DNA from: Octopus bimaculoides | Lineage: Eukaryota | Direction: 5' to 3' | Length of the DNA stretch: 64,000 nucleotides | Assembly (NCBI RefSeq): GCF_001194135.2 | Contig: NC_068991.1 | Coordinates: 75,187,659-75,251,658 of the forward strand | Shown here: one piece after another, positions 1 to 12,197 of the stretch | How positions within the stretch are numbered: position 1 is the first letter of the stretch | Layout of the letters: each line of letters starts with the position of its first letter | Notes under the pieces: generated by a model | Seen by the model: the letters and a program-made list of their open reading frames with translations, nothing else | Told to the model about the DNA's origin: nothing | Database searches by the model: none | Translations under genes and position numbers: made by a program

Positions 1-188
1 GCGCAATGCGATCTAAGTATCTTTTATCAATCTGGTTTTTACAATTCATTTCACCAACATAGCATTCCATTTTCTGATGACTTGATGTCCTCCTTTGTAA
101 CATTTCAAACCATACTGTATGTTTAGCCTGTCTTTCAATATAATCATAATTGTTATGAACTTTTGACTTATTCTCATGCTGTATCATA

Positions 189-264
<76 letters not shown>

Positions 265-377
265 TGATAGTAATAGTAATAATAATAATAATAATAATAT
301 ATTCCACAATGTAGAATATTTGAAAGAAAAGTCATTCCTCTTATATCTACAAATATGTATGTATGTATGTATATCTA

Positions 378-421
<44 letters not shown>

Positions 422-1081
422 TAAATGTGTGTGAGTGTAAGTGTACACACACACACATATGTAGTCAAACTAGTTATCATCTTGGTTGTTATAGTCACAT
501 TATAATGGTCATTGTCCTTTCTGGCCATCTTCAGCTGTCTCTTGTATTCAGAGCCATTCTCATAATTTGAAGCTGAATCATTAATAAAATCCAGGAGACA
601 GAATGCAATTTACATCCATACCATTCTTCTTCCTTCATCATGGCATTTGGCTAATTTCAAAAAGTTTGAAACCATCGTCTCTCTCTCTATTAAATATGTT
701 ATTTTGCCTCTTCCCCCTATTTCCAGTCCTTGTAGGGCCCTTCCAGGGATAGTTGATGACCTGGCTTCCTTCAGGGAACAAACTCTGCTAATCAAACAAC
801 ATGATCCTCAAGACTTACATGTTGCACATGTCTTTTGATTGATTTCCTGACTTTGTGGTATTTCACCTGCCTTTTTATGTTCTGAGTTCAAATTCCGCCA
901 CGGTCGACTTTGCCTTTCATCCTTTCAGAGTCGATAAATGAAGTACCAGTAGAACACTGGGGTCGATGTAATCGATTAATCCCCTCCCCACAAAATGTCA
1001 AAGCCTTGTACCTTCAGTAGAAAGGATTTCCTGACTTTTCAATGGATTAATCAACATGTCAAGAATTATTTCTTTAGACAT
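1..1081 (-). pseudogene. Decayed coding sequence of unknown family (fossil segment 2), interrupted by a SINE and microsatellites
   Basis: Starts at ATG 1081. After removing the 855-1038 insertion the frame runs about 150 codons with 2 stops. The 187-1 segment is open for a further 62 codons. Confidence 0.4.
855..1024 (+). mobile_element. 5'-truncated tRNA-derived SINE (family B) with 14-bp TSD
   Basis: B-box-like GAGTTCAAATTCC. Flanked by the exact direct repeat GATTTCCTGACTTT at 841-854 and 1025-1038. Confidence 0.85.
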
Positions 1082-2417
1082 GATTTTCCTTAATATTTTA
1101 AATTTGGTTATGTAAACTGGTTATGCTTATAAAGTAATTTTTATTGATATGGGCAGGAGGGATGGCCATGTGGTTAAAAAATTTACTTCATATCATTTCA
1201 CTTGATGGCCTTCCATCATAAACACAGGTTGGCCAATAACCTGTATATGGAACTCAACAGATGTGAACTATGCTATAGCTCTCCGGTGTATGCATACGCA
1301 TGTGTGTATGTGTAGATATATGATTTGTTCACTGAATTATGACAGCAAAGGCTCTGAAGATTGGTAAAATAACTAAATAAACAAAAGGCAAAGTGGGTGT
1401 GTTATGAATAAAGCCCCTTGATATATGCTTTTTGCCTTGAGCTATAGACACTCCCCTTTTCGCCCTTCCTATGAACCAGTGAGGGTCTGACTGGAAGCCT
1501 GTAAACAGTGACACTATAGTTCAGCAACTGCAATACATATACATGCATATATATATGTATATATGTATATACATACACACACACATATATTCACCGTCAT
1601 CATTTAACGTCCACTTTCCATGCTAGCATGGGTTGGACAATTTGACTGAGGACTGGTGAGCCAGATGGCTACACCAGGCTCCAATCTGATTTGGCAGAGT
1701 TTCTACAGCTGGATGCCCTTCCTAACGCCAACCACTCTGAGAATATAGTGGGTGCTTTTACGTGCCACCAGCATGAAGGCCAGTCAGGCGGTACTGGCAA
1801 TGGCCTATGTATGCCCACGTGAATTGTTGGCAATTTTTTTTCCTCCGTCTTCCTTTTCTCTGGGACTTTCCTATGTCTCCTGTTTCTAAAGAAGAGCTCT
1901 ACTCGAAACATAAAACCACCTTTCTTTCCTTCCCTGAGCATCTGATAATATCTTGCATGTATGACGTCCTTGCGTTGTTGTTTTTTTCTTGCGTTTGTTC
2001 TTCGTTTTTTGGGAATTACTATATACACACATATATANNNNNNNNNNNNNNNNNNTATATATAAAGAGCATACAGAAATAGGTCTTTGTAAGTATATCAT
2101 ATTATTATGCATTCTCTTATATAATCGTTATATTTTATTGGTTTAATATTCTCAGTATTGATCTATATTCTATAGAATTGATAGGAAAAAAAATGTTGTA
2201 GTTTGAAAGAACAGACATAATGCTTAATACCAGTCTTACTAAATTTCAATAATCCTCAATACATATTAGCAGAGTTTATTCTGAAGTATAATAAATCATG
2301 TAAGCTGCTTGTGTCATTCTACATGTTGACTATATGACATCTTGCATAATTTTATCCATTTTTCGTTTATTCTCTCTTTATTTATTTATTTCGAATAATT
2401 TGTTTTAGCATTCCAAT

Positions 2418-3576
2418 TTACTTGCACATTGCAAAGAAATGTTCTGAAAATGAAAAACAGACATTTATTGGTGACAAATAATCACGATTGCTATTTGAGA
2501 GGAAGGCTTCTGTTCATTTGACAACTTTGGCAAAGCTGTCATCCAACATTGAAAAATTCCTAACCCTGAGCATAGAAGAGAATAAGTTCTTCAGCCTGTT
2601 CTCGATAATTTCGAAAATATCTTTGCACTTTGCTGTGCATTCTTGATGCTCTGCCATGCATTTGTCAAGCTCAGGTGGCTTAATTAACTGATAACGCTTG
2701 TCGAACTTTTGCCAGAGATCAAGAAACCATTTTCCATGCTCCTTCCTAATGTCCTCTCATATTGCTGCTATCTCTGGATCTATATTAAACATTTCTTAAA
2801 GTATACAAGATGGACCGATGACACTACCTTATTCAGTTAGTAATGAACAGCTTCTTTCACTGTAAACCATTTGAATGGTGCTTCTGTAATTGATTTATAA
2901 GAAACGAGATTATATGGAAGATGGGAACAATAGAATGAAGGACTGGATTTTATTTCTCCAGTACATTCCTTACCAAATTCAGTAAATGACTGGAATATAA
3001 GGTCATAGAATACAATTTTGTTTTTAGGAGAGTAGTAGACTTCATTTTTATTCTTTTATTCGTTTCAGTCGTTTGACTGTGGCCATGCTGGACATCGCCT
3101 TTTAGTTGAACAGATCAACTTATTCTTAAGCCCAGTACTTATTCTATCGGTTTCTTTTACTGAACCACTAAGTTACGGGGACGTAAACAGTCCAACATCG
3201 GTTGTCAAGTGATGGTAGAGTGACAAACACAAACACACGCATATATATGATGGGCTTCTTTCAGTTTCCATCTACCAAATCCATTCACACGGCTTTGGTT
3301 GCCCCGAGGCTGTAGCAGAAGACACTTGCCCAAGGTGACACACGGTGGGACTGAACCTGGAACCACATAGTCCGGAAGCAAGCTTCTTACCACACAGTCA
3401 CATCTTGGTAAGAACTGAAGGGGAAGTGAGCAGGGAGGGATCATAAGTCTCTCAAAGGTTGTTGAATGTAATGAAGACAGCTTCCTGGCATAGGGAATAC
3501 CATCCTTGAGTTTCCAATGACCGATTCTTTCTTTCTTTATTTCCCTAAATTCAGTACGGAGTTGCGTAATTGAGGA
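2418..3576 (-). pseudogene. Decayed coding sequence of unknown family (fossil segment 1), split by a SINE
   Basis: Open stretches of about 58, 68 and 80 codons on one strand, with 3 stops and 1-2 frameshifts over about 265 codons. AATAAA motifs follow the final stop. Confidence 0.55.
3044..3404 (-). mobile_element. tRNA-derived SINE family A (CORE-like CCTTGGGCAAGT motif)
   Basis: Reverse complement matches the full copy at 12198-12606. Ends in an AATAAAAG-type tail. Confidence 0.85.
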
Positions 3577-5910
3577 TTAAAATCAAAATTGACAATAAAT
3601 GAATAACAAAACAAATAAATACAAGTGCAGTTGTTGTAGCAAACTAAGACACTGAAAGCATTGACAAGGGATCAACTCAGTTGAATGCACTCCCTTTTAT
3701 CTGAAGAACTGTGGGGATAGAGAGTGATGGTGGGAGTGGTGGCAATGACAAAGACAATTATTTCTATTATTGTTGTACAGTGATCAAACAGATTCGTGAG
3801 TCCAGTGCTGGCTCCCAGATTCTGAGTTAAGTGTCTTGTTTCAAACACTAAATTATGTAAATCAAGGCCTTTTGGTCTGTTTGCTCTGATTTTATGCCTA
3901 ATGCAAAACAACAGAATGATTGAATACACCAATACAATAGTTATTTCTTGTTGACGACTCTGGTCTTTGTCTAAAACAACAGAAAAGACTGCTTTACAGG
4001 AATTATTATTCTTGAAAGGAAAAATAGATGAATGTAAACCTTATTCGTTCATTTTCCATCATGAAGGATATTTGCCTCCTAAATGTGGCTAATCCTTAAG
4101 GGTCGATGCTACTGTAGCTTGTAGCCCCAGGAAGACATCTCCTCCAGTTGGCTATTGACACACTATCTGTGCCCTATTAGTATTTGCAAAGGGAAGTCAT
4201 CATTCCCATCTCCAGCCTGACGTGATACACATCGACCTGAGTTTCTGGTTATTGACCCGTCATCGACATGTGACAATCACCGGTTGGTGATGGGAAGGGA
4301 TTCTCAATCGTGTTATGCATTTGCCCTAATTAGACCAAATGTAGACAGGTCTCTCATTAATTTAGAAACCAGATATTAGCTAGTTGACCATTGTTCAACT
4401 GAATTGCTTATTCTAATTACAAAACCTGATGGTTGAGCAGGAAAAGAACAATAAGGGCCCAAATAAATACCATAACTTTGACATGGGAATTGGTAATAAA
4501 AATATAACTTGAAATAAAAACATTTGCCATACAGAAAAGGATAGATTATCAGTGTATTGATCACAGGCCCTTTTTCAGGTTAGAAAAGAGAGGGAATGGA
4601 GAATAAAAAATAAATTCACTTGTCATATATATATATATATGTAGCTTGTGCTGCTTCCTCCCCTACTACTACAACCAATTAATTACTGCTGCTTACACGG
4701 ACAGAGGTCACTCCTGTTTACCATTACCAACACGGTCACTACTACTACTACTACTACTACTACACCCAACGATTCAAGTCAACGCACGAGACAGCCATTA
4801 TGGACCCACACAAAATACGCTCCCATGTGGACTATGTTGACACCAGAAAGAAACAATTATGAACTTTTCTTTTAATTACATTTTTTTTAAATATGTATTT
4901 TTGATAAGGTTCGTTTTTTCAAGAACTGAAACGTAAAATATCTCTGAGAAAATTATAAATTAAGATTCATTTTATATATTGGTGTTTTCAAATTTCTTTT
5001 TTATAAATATATATATATATGAGAACTCGAATTTTTCTTCTTTCTCTTTCTCTCTCCTGAAAAAGAGCCTTTGCTCAAAACATCAATATTTTTTTTCCAT
5101 TTCTGCTTAGCAAATGCCTGTACTTTTATTTATTTTATTATTAATTCCTATTGAAAGACAACAAGCTATCTGGCAGAATTGTTTGATCATCAGTAAAAAC
5201 AACAACACAAAAAAATGGTCTTGTAGTATTTCTTCTGCTTCTTTTACAATTTTGTGGTTGAATTCTGCAAAGGTCAATTGTGCCTTTCATCCTTCTAGGA
5301 TCGATAGAATAAGGCATCAATCTAGAACTGGAATTGATGTATTCGACTTCCCCCGCTCTCTAAATTGGTGTATTTTTGTGCCTTAATTAGAAACAATTAT
5401 TAATTCCTTTTGATTACATGGCTACTGATGCAAACAGAACTGATTGATTTCTTGGGGGCTGGGATTTTAACTGGATTGAGGAAGCTTTTAAGGAAATGTT
5501 TAATAATCCAGTGATTCTCATTTTATATAAGAATTAATTATGGAACAAAAATCAGAAGTGAGCTATTCATTCGGAAGGAAGGCAGGCATGTGGCCTAAGT
5601 GGTTAAGATGTTGAACTTGGAAGCATTGGGCAATGAGTTTGATTCTCACTGCAGGCTGCCACTAGCTATTGGTCTTGATTCTTTAATGTAACAACCCCCG
5701 TTTACTACTTATACCAAGCCATTGTGTTTTGCTTTCAGTGAATTTCTTTCAACAAAAATTAAACTGATTTGATGTGCAATGTTGTGGAAACAATCATTGT
5801 TATACATTATTTACTGCATATGTTAATTATTGAAAGAGCTAACTCTGAGGTATGTTAGATTGATATTTAAAGAGGAGATGCCCGATATTTTCTTTCAACA
5901 ACACCCATAA

Positions 5911-6130
5911 CCCTTTTAATACCAAACCCCTCAAGGCTAATCCCAGATTCTATGATACGCACTTCCCGTTCTAAAACCCTCTAAATCAAAATTTTATGGT
6001 TATTTCTGTTCTAAACACCTGCTTAACAATGACAAGGTAATTTTACCAGATTCTTTATGATTCTTTATTATATACAAATTTAATTGAAGCAGAGGCAACA
6101 CATTTTAACAGAAATATGGTAATAAAAGGG
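5911..6130. mobile_element. piggyBac-like MITE family 1
   Basis: (A)TAA|CCCTTTT...AAAAGGG|TTAA termini. Internal sequence resembles 9207-9427. Confidence 0.7.
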
Positions 6131-6376
6131 TTAATGTTTCCCAGGAAAATTATAGACTCTTTCCTTTCACACTTCAACCTAATCATTATATGATCACATT
6201 TGCTTTTACTGTATAGCCTGCACCCCCTTTCGTTCCATGCACATCAATAGGCTGATCTCTTTGAATTCCAGAAATCATTAAATTTATTATACGTAATCGT
6301 ATTTATAATTTCTTAAAAATATATTTATTATGTAATACTTTAAATTTGTAAATTTATCATACTTCTTATTTTCCAG

Positions 6377-6539
6377 TGAAAAATTAATCCAGAATGCCTT
6401 TCAAAGTTTACAGCTGGTTGTAACTGATTTCTTGCCTATTATTCCCTGCAAATACTTGTTGGTTTGTGTTGAAGTGGCCTCGAAATTTGGTCTTCAAAAC
6501 CAGGAGTTGAACGTCAGTCTAACTGCAATTGGTCTTTTA
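6377..6539 (+). CDS. MON2: MON2 homolog, internal exon A
   Basis: ttttccAG|T GAA...GGT CTT TTA|GTaagt. Translates [54 protein letters not shown], matching the recalled human MON2 segment [20 protein letters not shown]...GLHNQELNISLTSIGLL. 163 nt, ends in phase 0. Confidence 0.95.
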
Positions 6540-6555
6540 GTAAGTACTACTTCAG

Positions 6556-6950
6556 ATTCTTGTATTCTTTTATTCTTGTTTCAGTCATTTGACTGCGGCC
6601 AAGCTGGAGCACCACTTTTAGTCGAACAGATCAACCCTGGGACTTATACTTTATAAGCCCAGTACTTATTCTATCAAGCTCTTTTGCCGAACCACTAAGT
6701 TACGGGGATGTAAACACACCAACATCAGTTGTCAAGCGATGGTGGCAGGGACAAACACAGACACACAAATACATACCTATATATATATATATGACAGGCT
6801 TCTTTCAGTTTCCATTTACCAAATCCACTCACAAGGCTTTGGTCGGCCCAAGGCTATAGTAGGAGACACTTGCCCAAAGTGCTACACAGCGGGACTGAAC
6901 CCGGAACCATGTGGTTGGGAAGCAAAGCTTCTTACCACTCAGCCACTCCT
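6556..6950 (-). mobile_element. SINE family A, antisense, starting about 17 nt after the exon A donor
   Basis: Full-length reverse complement of the family A consensus (head GGAGTGGCTGAGTGGTAAG, GGTTCAGTCCC B-box). Confidence 0.9.
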
Positions 6951-7184
6951 GTGCCTATATAAATGTATAAAATCAATTTCGAAACAAATCATATGATTAC
7001 TGTAATCTAATACTGTTGTCTGTATGAAATGCATATAATTAATGAACTATTAAACAGAAATTAACTGCTAAGTTTTACACTATTATGAGTACCATTTTCA
7101 GACATGAAATAGCAACAGGTCCAGTGTCTGAAATGTATATGTATATATATATATTTATATATATATATATATATATATCATCAT

Positions 7185-8010
7185 CATTATCGTTTAACGT
7201 CCGCTTTCCATGCTAACATGGGTTGGACGATTTGACTGAGGACTGGCAAGCCTGGAGGCTGCACCAGGCTCCAATCTGATCTGGCAGAGTTTCTCCACCT
7301 GGATGCCCTTCCTAATGCCAACCACTCCGTGAGTGTAGTGAGTGCTTTTATGTGCCACCAGCATGAGGGCCAGTCACACAGTACTGGCAACGGCCATGCT
7401 CAAAATGGTATTTTTTATGTGCCACCTACACGGGAGCCAGTCCAGCGGCACTGGCAACGACCACACTTGAATGGACAAGTGACTGAGACCTTCGAAGATA
7501 TACTGTGCTTGAGAAGACCTGGCAAGCCAAGTGAGCCTGTAACCATGTCCTATGCCAGTGCAGCATAACCAGTCCATTTAAGAGTACCCTTCAATCATTG
7601 GGCAATAAACTGCGCTTCTGAAGACCTGTTGAGGCAAGTGAAATTGTTGTTGTGGCCAATGACAGTACCGCTTGATTGGCACCCATGCCAGTGGCATGTT
7701 AAAAGCACCATTCCAGCGTGATCGTTGCCAGTGCCAGCTGACTGGTTCCGTGCCGGTGGCATGTAAAAAGCACCATTCAAGCATGGTTGATGTCAGTACT
7801 GCCTGATTGGCCCTTATACTGGTGGCACGTAAAAAGCATCCACTACACTCTCAGAGTGGTTGGCGTTAGGAAGGGCATCCAGCTATAGAAAGAAACATTG
7901 CCAGATCAGATTGGAGCCTGGTACAGCCTTCTGGCTTGCCATCCCTCAGTCAAACCGTCCAACCCATGCCAGCATGGAAAGCGGACATTAAACGATGATG
8001 ATGATGATAT
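7185..8010. mobile_element. Two RTE LINE 3' ends arranged head-to-head
   Basis: Minus copy at about 7185-7465 and plus copy at about 7480-8010. Both share the ...CCAACCCATGCTAGCATGGAAAGCGGACGTTAAAC(GAT)n end. Confidence 0.85.
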
Positions 8011-9206
8011 AAATCTATGTTACAGATATAGTACAATAGCTGTACTATTTGCATCACATTTTAGTGACTCTAGTTCAAAGTAAAATATACTATTATTGTA
8101 ATCATCATCATCATGTAAACAGGGGAAGTAAGCTAGAACATTAAAACTTAGTGTGCATGCACAGCAGAGTCCAAGATGAACCTTTGCCAAGCGGCTTCAC
8201 TGTGCGTGCTTTAGCTTTGTTACTATGGCAACAGTTCAGATACTTATTGATCAGACCTCATGAATATATAAGTCACCATTTGAATCTCACTGTTTGCCAT
8301 GCAAATCGTGATTGGTTAGAGTCATGTTAGAATGAGAATCTAAAATGATACAGGTGAAGGTGATAATGTTATTTTTGTTGGTGCTTTTAATTAGCACAAG
8401 GTTAGTCCTGATTTAATGAACCCATGATGAAAGGCATTTTAGTCATGGCCATCCTTGTTGACATCATCATCATCCTCATCATTTAATGTCTCTTTCCATG
8501 CTACCATGAATTGGATGGCTCAGCAACATCCTATTATTCGGAGACTCATGTTATGCTCCACTGACTGTTGTGTATGGTTTCTCAACACTAGCCTCCTTAA
8601 AGTGTGTGCCGTGGGTATTTTCCATGGCACCATCATTAGTGAGGTCACTTTTGCATCCTGTTTATTTAGTCTTAGGTTAAAGCTTACATTATTTGATGAG
8701 TCCTTCCTACTTTCAAAACAGTCCAGTGTAATTTGAGAAAGATTTGGCTACTATTATTAGCAAGGTGAACAATCTTGTAAAGGCACCTTTCATTTGTTTT
8801 AATGTGTTACAAGTCATTAATTTAAGTGATACAAAGACAATTAAAATATTGAGGCGAGCAATTGTCATTAGAACAGAGTATAATTAATAACAAAACCAGC
8901 AATTATCCTGAATGTGGTTTCTATAATTAATAGTAATAACTAGCTGTGCTGCTTTTTGGGGATAATTTATTAGTTGTAATTAAACCAATTAACTCTGGTG
9001 CTTATTGTGGTTCCTGACTGGAGAGATGTTTAAATGTTTAAATAATATACCAACACCTATTATTGTTAGAATTTTGTATATTTGACTTTTAAATAATAAG
9101 GTAATTTCAGCACCATCAAATTCTCCTTCATCATATTTTGGTCTTTAATATAATGTGCAGCACCTTTCCTATTTTGCTGCTATGCCAGTAAACAATAACA
9201 CTTTAA

Positions 9207-9427
9207 CCCTTTCGTTACCAATCCAGCTGGAACCAGCTCTGGCTCTGAGTACAAATGTCTTGTTTTCATAAGTTCTGAATTAAAATCTTCCACTAAACCT
9301 TAATCACAATTAATGTTCCTAACACTAGCTTAATGATAACTAAGTTATTTTACTAAATTCTTTCTTATATTTAAAATAAATTGAAAGAAACACAGAGCAT
9401 CTCAACAGAAATATGGTAACGAAAGGT
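9207..9427. mobile_element. piggyBac-like MITE family 1 (best copy); a 3'-truncated tandem copy follows at 9457-9650
   Basis: TTAA|CCCTTTCGTTACCA...TGGTAACGAAAGGT|TTAA. 13/14 TIR match and TTAA flanks. Confidence 0.8.
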
Positions 9428-10267
9428 TTAAAATATATAATAGAAAAACTATTCCTAGCCCTTTTGATACCAACCTGGCTGAAACCGGCTCTGGCTTTGT
9501 AGTACAAATGTCTTGTTTCATAAGTTTTGAATTAAAATCTTCCACCAAACCTTAGTCACAATTAATGTTCCTAACACTAGCTTAATGATAATTAAGTTAT
9601 TTCACTAGATTCTTTGTTATATTTTAAAATCAATTGAAAGAAACACAAAACCGTTGTACTACACTTTGCTAATTTTTGATATCTTGGCATCTGAAGCAGC
9701 TGGAGATACGATAGTTTGACTGAAAGAACTGGCTACTGCAAGCAAAAATAAATATTGCAAGAAACACATTTGGCCAAATTTGAGCATACAACAGTTTAAC
9801 ATAATAACAATAATATATATACATATATATGTATTNNNNNNNNNNNNNNNNNNNNNNNNNNNNNNNNNNNNNNNNNNNNNNNNNNNNNNNNNNNNNNNNN
9901 NNNNNNNNNNNNNNNNNNNNNNNNNNNNNNNNNNNNNNNNNNNNNNNNNNNNNNNNNNNNNNNNNNNNNNNNNNNNNNNNNNNNNNNNNNNNNNNNNNNN
10001 NNNNNNNNNNNNNNNNNNNNNNNNNNNNNNNNNNNNNNNNNNNNNNNNNNNNNNNNNNNNNNNNNNNNNNNNNNNNNNNNNNNNNNNNNNNNNNNNNNNN
10101 NNNNNNNNNNNNNNNNNNNNNNNNNNNNNNNNNNNNNNNNNNNNNNNNNNNNNNNNNNNNNNNNNNNNNNNNNCATACATACATACATAGAGACAGACAG
10201 ATATTAAAAAAATCACAAAATGATCAAAACTGATCCTATGACAGCAAAATCATTGTATATATAAATA

Positions 10268-10302
<35 letters not shown>

Positions 10303-10675
10303 GCGATTTTGCTGACATTTTTTATATGATCAGTTTTTTAAAAATTTCATGATGCCTTTTAACACCTCTGTGTCATGTTTCTTAATCAATTGTACACCAA
10401 CATGCCATTAAAAGAAAAAAAATTAATAAAAAACAAGGATATTCTAAAACCATATCCATTTGTCCAATTTACTGTCATTTCTTTTACGTTGTATTTGTAA
10501 GCGAGTGATTGCTTCAGACATACATCAAATAATAATCTGAGTATCAGGTTAGAGAACCCGAAAGAAAACAAATGCCAAACGTTATCAGATTTAGTGTGAA
10601 AGTGGTTCAGTGGTTGCTGATTGTGAAATAAGTTTGGCTTCACTGTTTATTTGTATGCAAAATATATTAGCCTCT

Positions 10676-10952
10676 ATCTCATGTGTGTTTGTGCGAGTGT
10701 GTGTTTGTGTGTGTTTGTATGTTTGTTTGTGTGTGTGTGTGTGTTTGTATGTTTGTGTGCATGTTTATGTGTGTGTGTATTTGTGTGTGTGCATGTGTGT
10801 TTGTGTGTGTGTGTATGTGTGTGTTTGTGTGAGTGTGGGTTTGTGTGTGTGTATGTGTGTGTTTGCATATGTGCATGTGTGTGTTTGTGTGTGTGTGTGT
10901 TTGTGTGTGTGTTTGTTTATGTATGTGTGTGTGCATGTGTGTTTGTGTGCAT

Positions 10953-10987
<35 letters not shown>

Positions 10988-11010
10988 AGTGTTTATGCCT
11001 GTGTGTACGT
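10676..11010. repeat. Compound (GT)n microsatellite with GTTT/GTAT/GCAT variants
   Basis: Seen directly. It explains the Cys/Val- and His/Thr-rich ORFs here. Confidence 0.95.
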
Positions 11011-11390
11011 GTGTGGGTGCACATCCTTTCCTGGCCCTTACCAGCATGCTCTTCTATTGTTACACGATATTATCACTTGATGCCGTTCCTTATCTCTGAT
11101 TTATGTTTCTTAGTTATATTTCCTATTTTCATTATCGTAATCCCCGGTAGTTTGCATTTGATAGCTTTTAAATTATTTATGCACATGTGACTGTGTACAC
11201 ATACAGATGTCTGTGCACCTACCCATTATCTATACACTTATGCACACATGTATACATTCACACGAATGTGTGTGTGCGTGCAACTACGCAGTCGTATACA
11301 TTAAGCTAATTGTTATTGAGTATATATATATTCCCATTAGTTTGCATTCAATATATTTGGAATCACATCTGTGTGTGTGTCGATGTACAT

Positions 11391-11425
<35 letters not shown>

Positions 11426-11774
11426 CTGCTGCATACCCATAAACGAATGCATGCAGACAGTCAGGCTTTGCATTGAGAGCACACAATATACATAATCCCA
11501 CAAGGTAACCAAATATGTAGATAGCAAAGCAATCACAAGATGAGCTGTATAAATTATAGTAATATATAAGTATAAATTATGAGAGTGTATAAATTGTTGA
11601 TTCCCATCTGAATAATCTGACATTTCTCGCTGTTGCGTTCTTCTAAACTTTATTCAGATTTTACATGATAAAAAGTTTTACGGTCTCCTTTTCTTCATTT
11701 CGAATGCCATTGTTTAATGCTCAAAATTCAGTGCCATGCATTAAAATATGTCTGCTCATTTTCTTTCATTTCAG

Positions 11775-12038
11775 TGGAACATTGCTGACTATTTCTACCA
11801 GAACCGTAATAAGATCCAGCAGGAGTTGGGCGGAGACTCTGGACAATCAGAGGACCAGCCTAATGCTGCTATGCTACCATTTGATAGTCTATGGATGTGT
11901 CTCTTCTCTAAGCTTGGTGAACTGTGTGTTGACCAACGGCCAGCTACAAGAAAAAGCGCTGGACAAACATTATTTTCAACCCTTTCTGCTCATGGCAGTT
12001 TGCTTCAGAAAGATACATGGAAAAAAGTACTTTGGCAA
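11775..12038 (+). CDS. MON2: MON2 homolog, internal exon B
   Basis: tttcAG|TGG...TGG CAA|GTaagg. Encodes WNIADYFYQ...[54 protein letters not shown] (human: [24 protein letters not shown]). 264 nt, phase 0-0. Confidence 0.96.
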
Positions 12039-12197
12039 GTAAGGGAGTTTATTATGACCCTTGGAATTTGTTTCTTTTTAATTCCTTTTTTTTCCCCCTA
12101 ATTATTTGATCTTTTTCTCACTATATTTCTGTTGTAATATATTGCCTTTCTTTCAAGTAATTTCAAAAAATGAAGAATTTAGTAGAATAACTTTGCC

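Noticed and set aside
184-570. ORFs rich in poly-Y, poly-L, YI, CV or HT (also 10610-11190, 20458-20758, 27924-28277, 39218-39451, 51572-52163 and others)
   Set aside because: They are translations of (TAA)n, (TA)n, (CA)n and (CAT)n microsatellites, not genes.
3901-4092. Plus-strand open stretch RLWSLSKTTEKTALQELLFLKGKIDECKPYSF...
   Set aside because: 45 codons with no recognisable motif or splice context; within chance expectation.
4648-4875. Thr-rich 75-aa ORF
   Set aside because: Openness comes from a (CTA)n repeat; no supporting signals.
7618-7660. CTGAAGA...GAAA hammerhead-like spacing
   Set aside because: No helix I or III pairing; it is part of the RTE 3' UTR.
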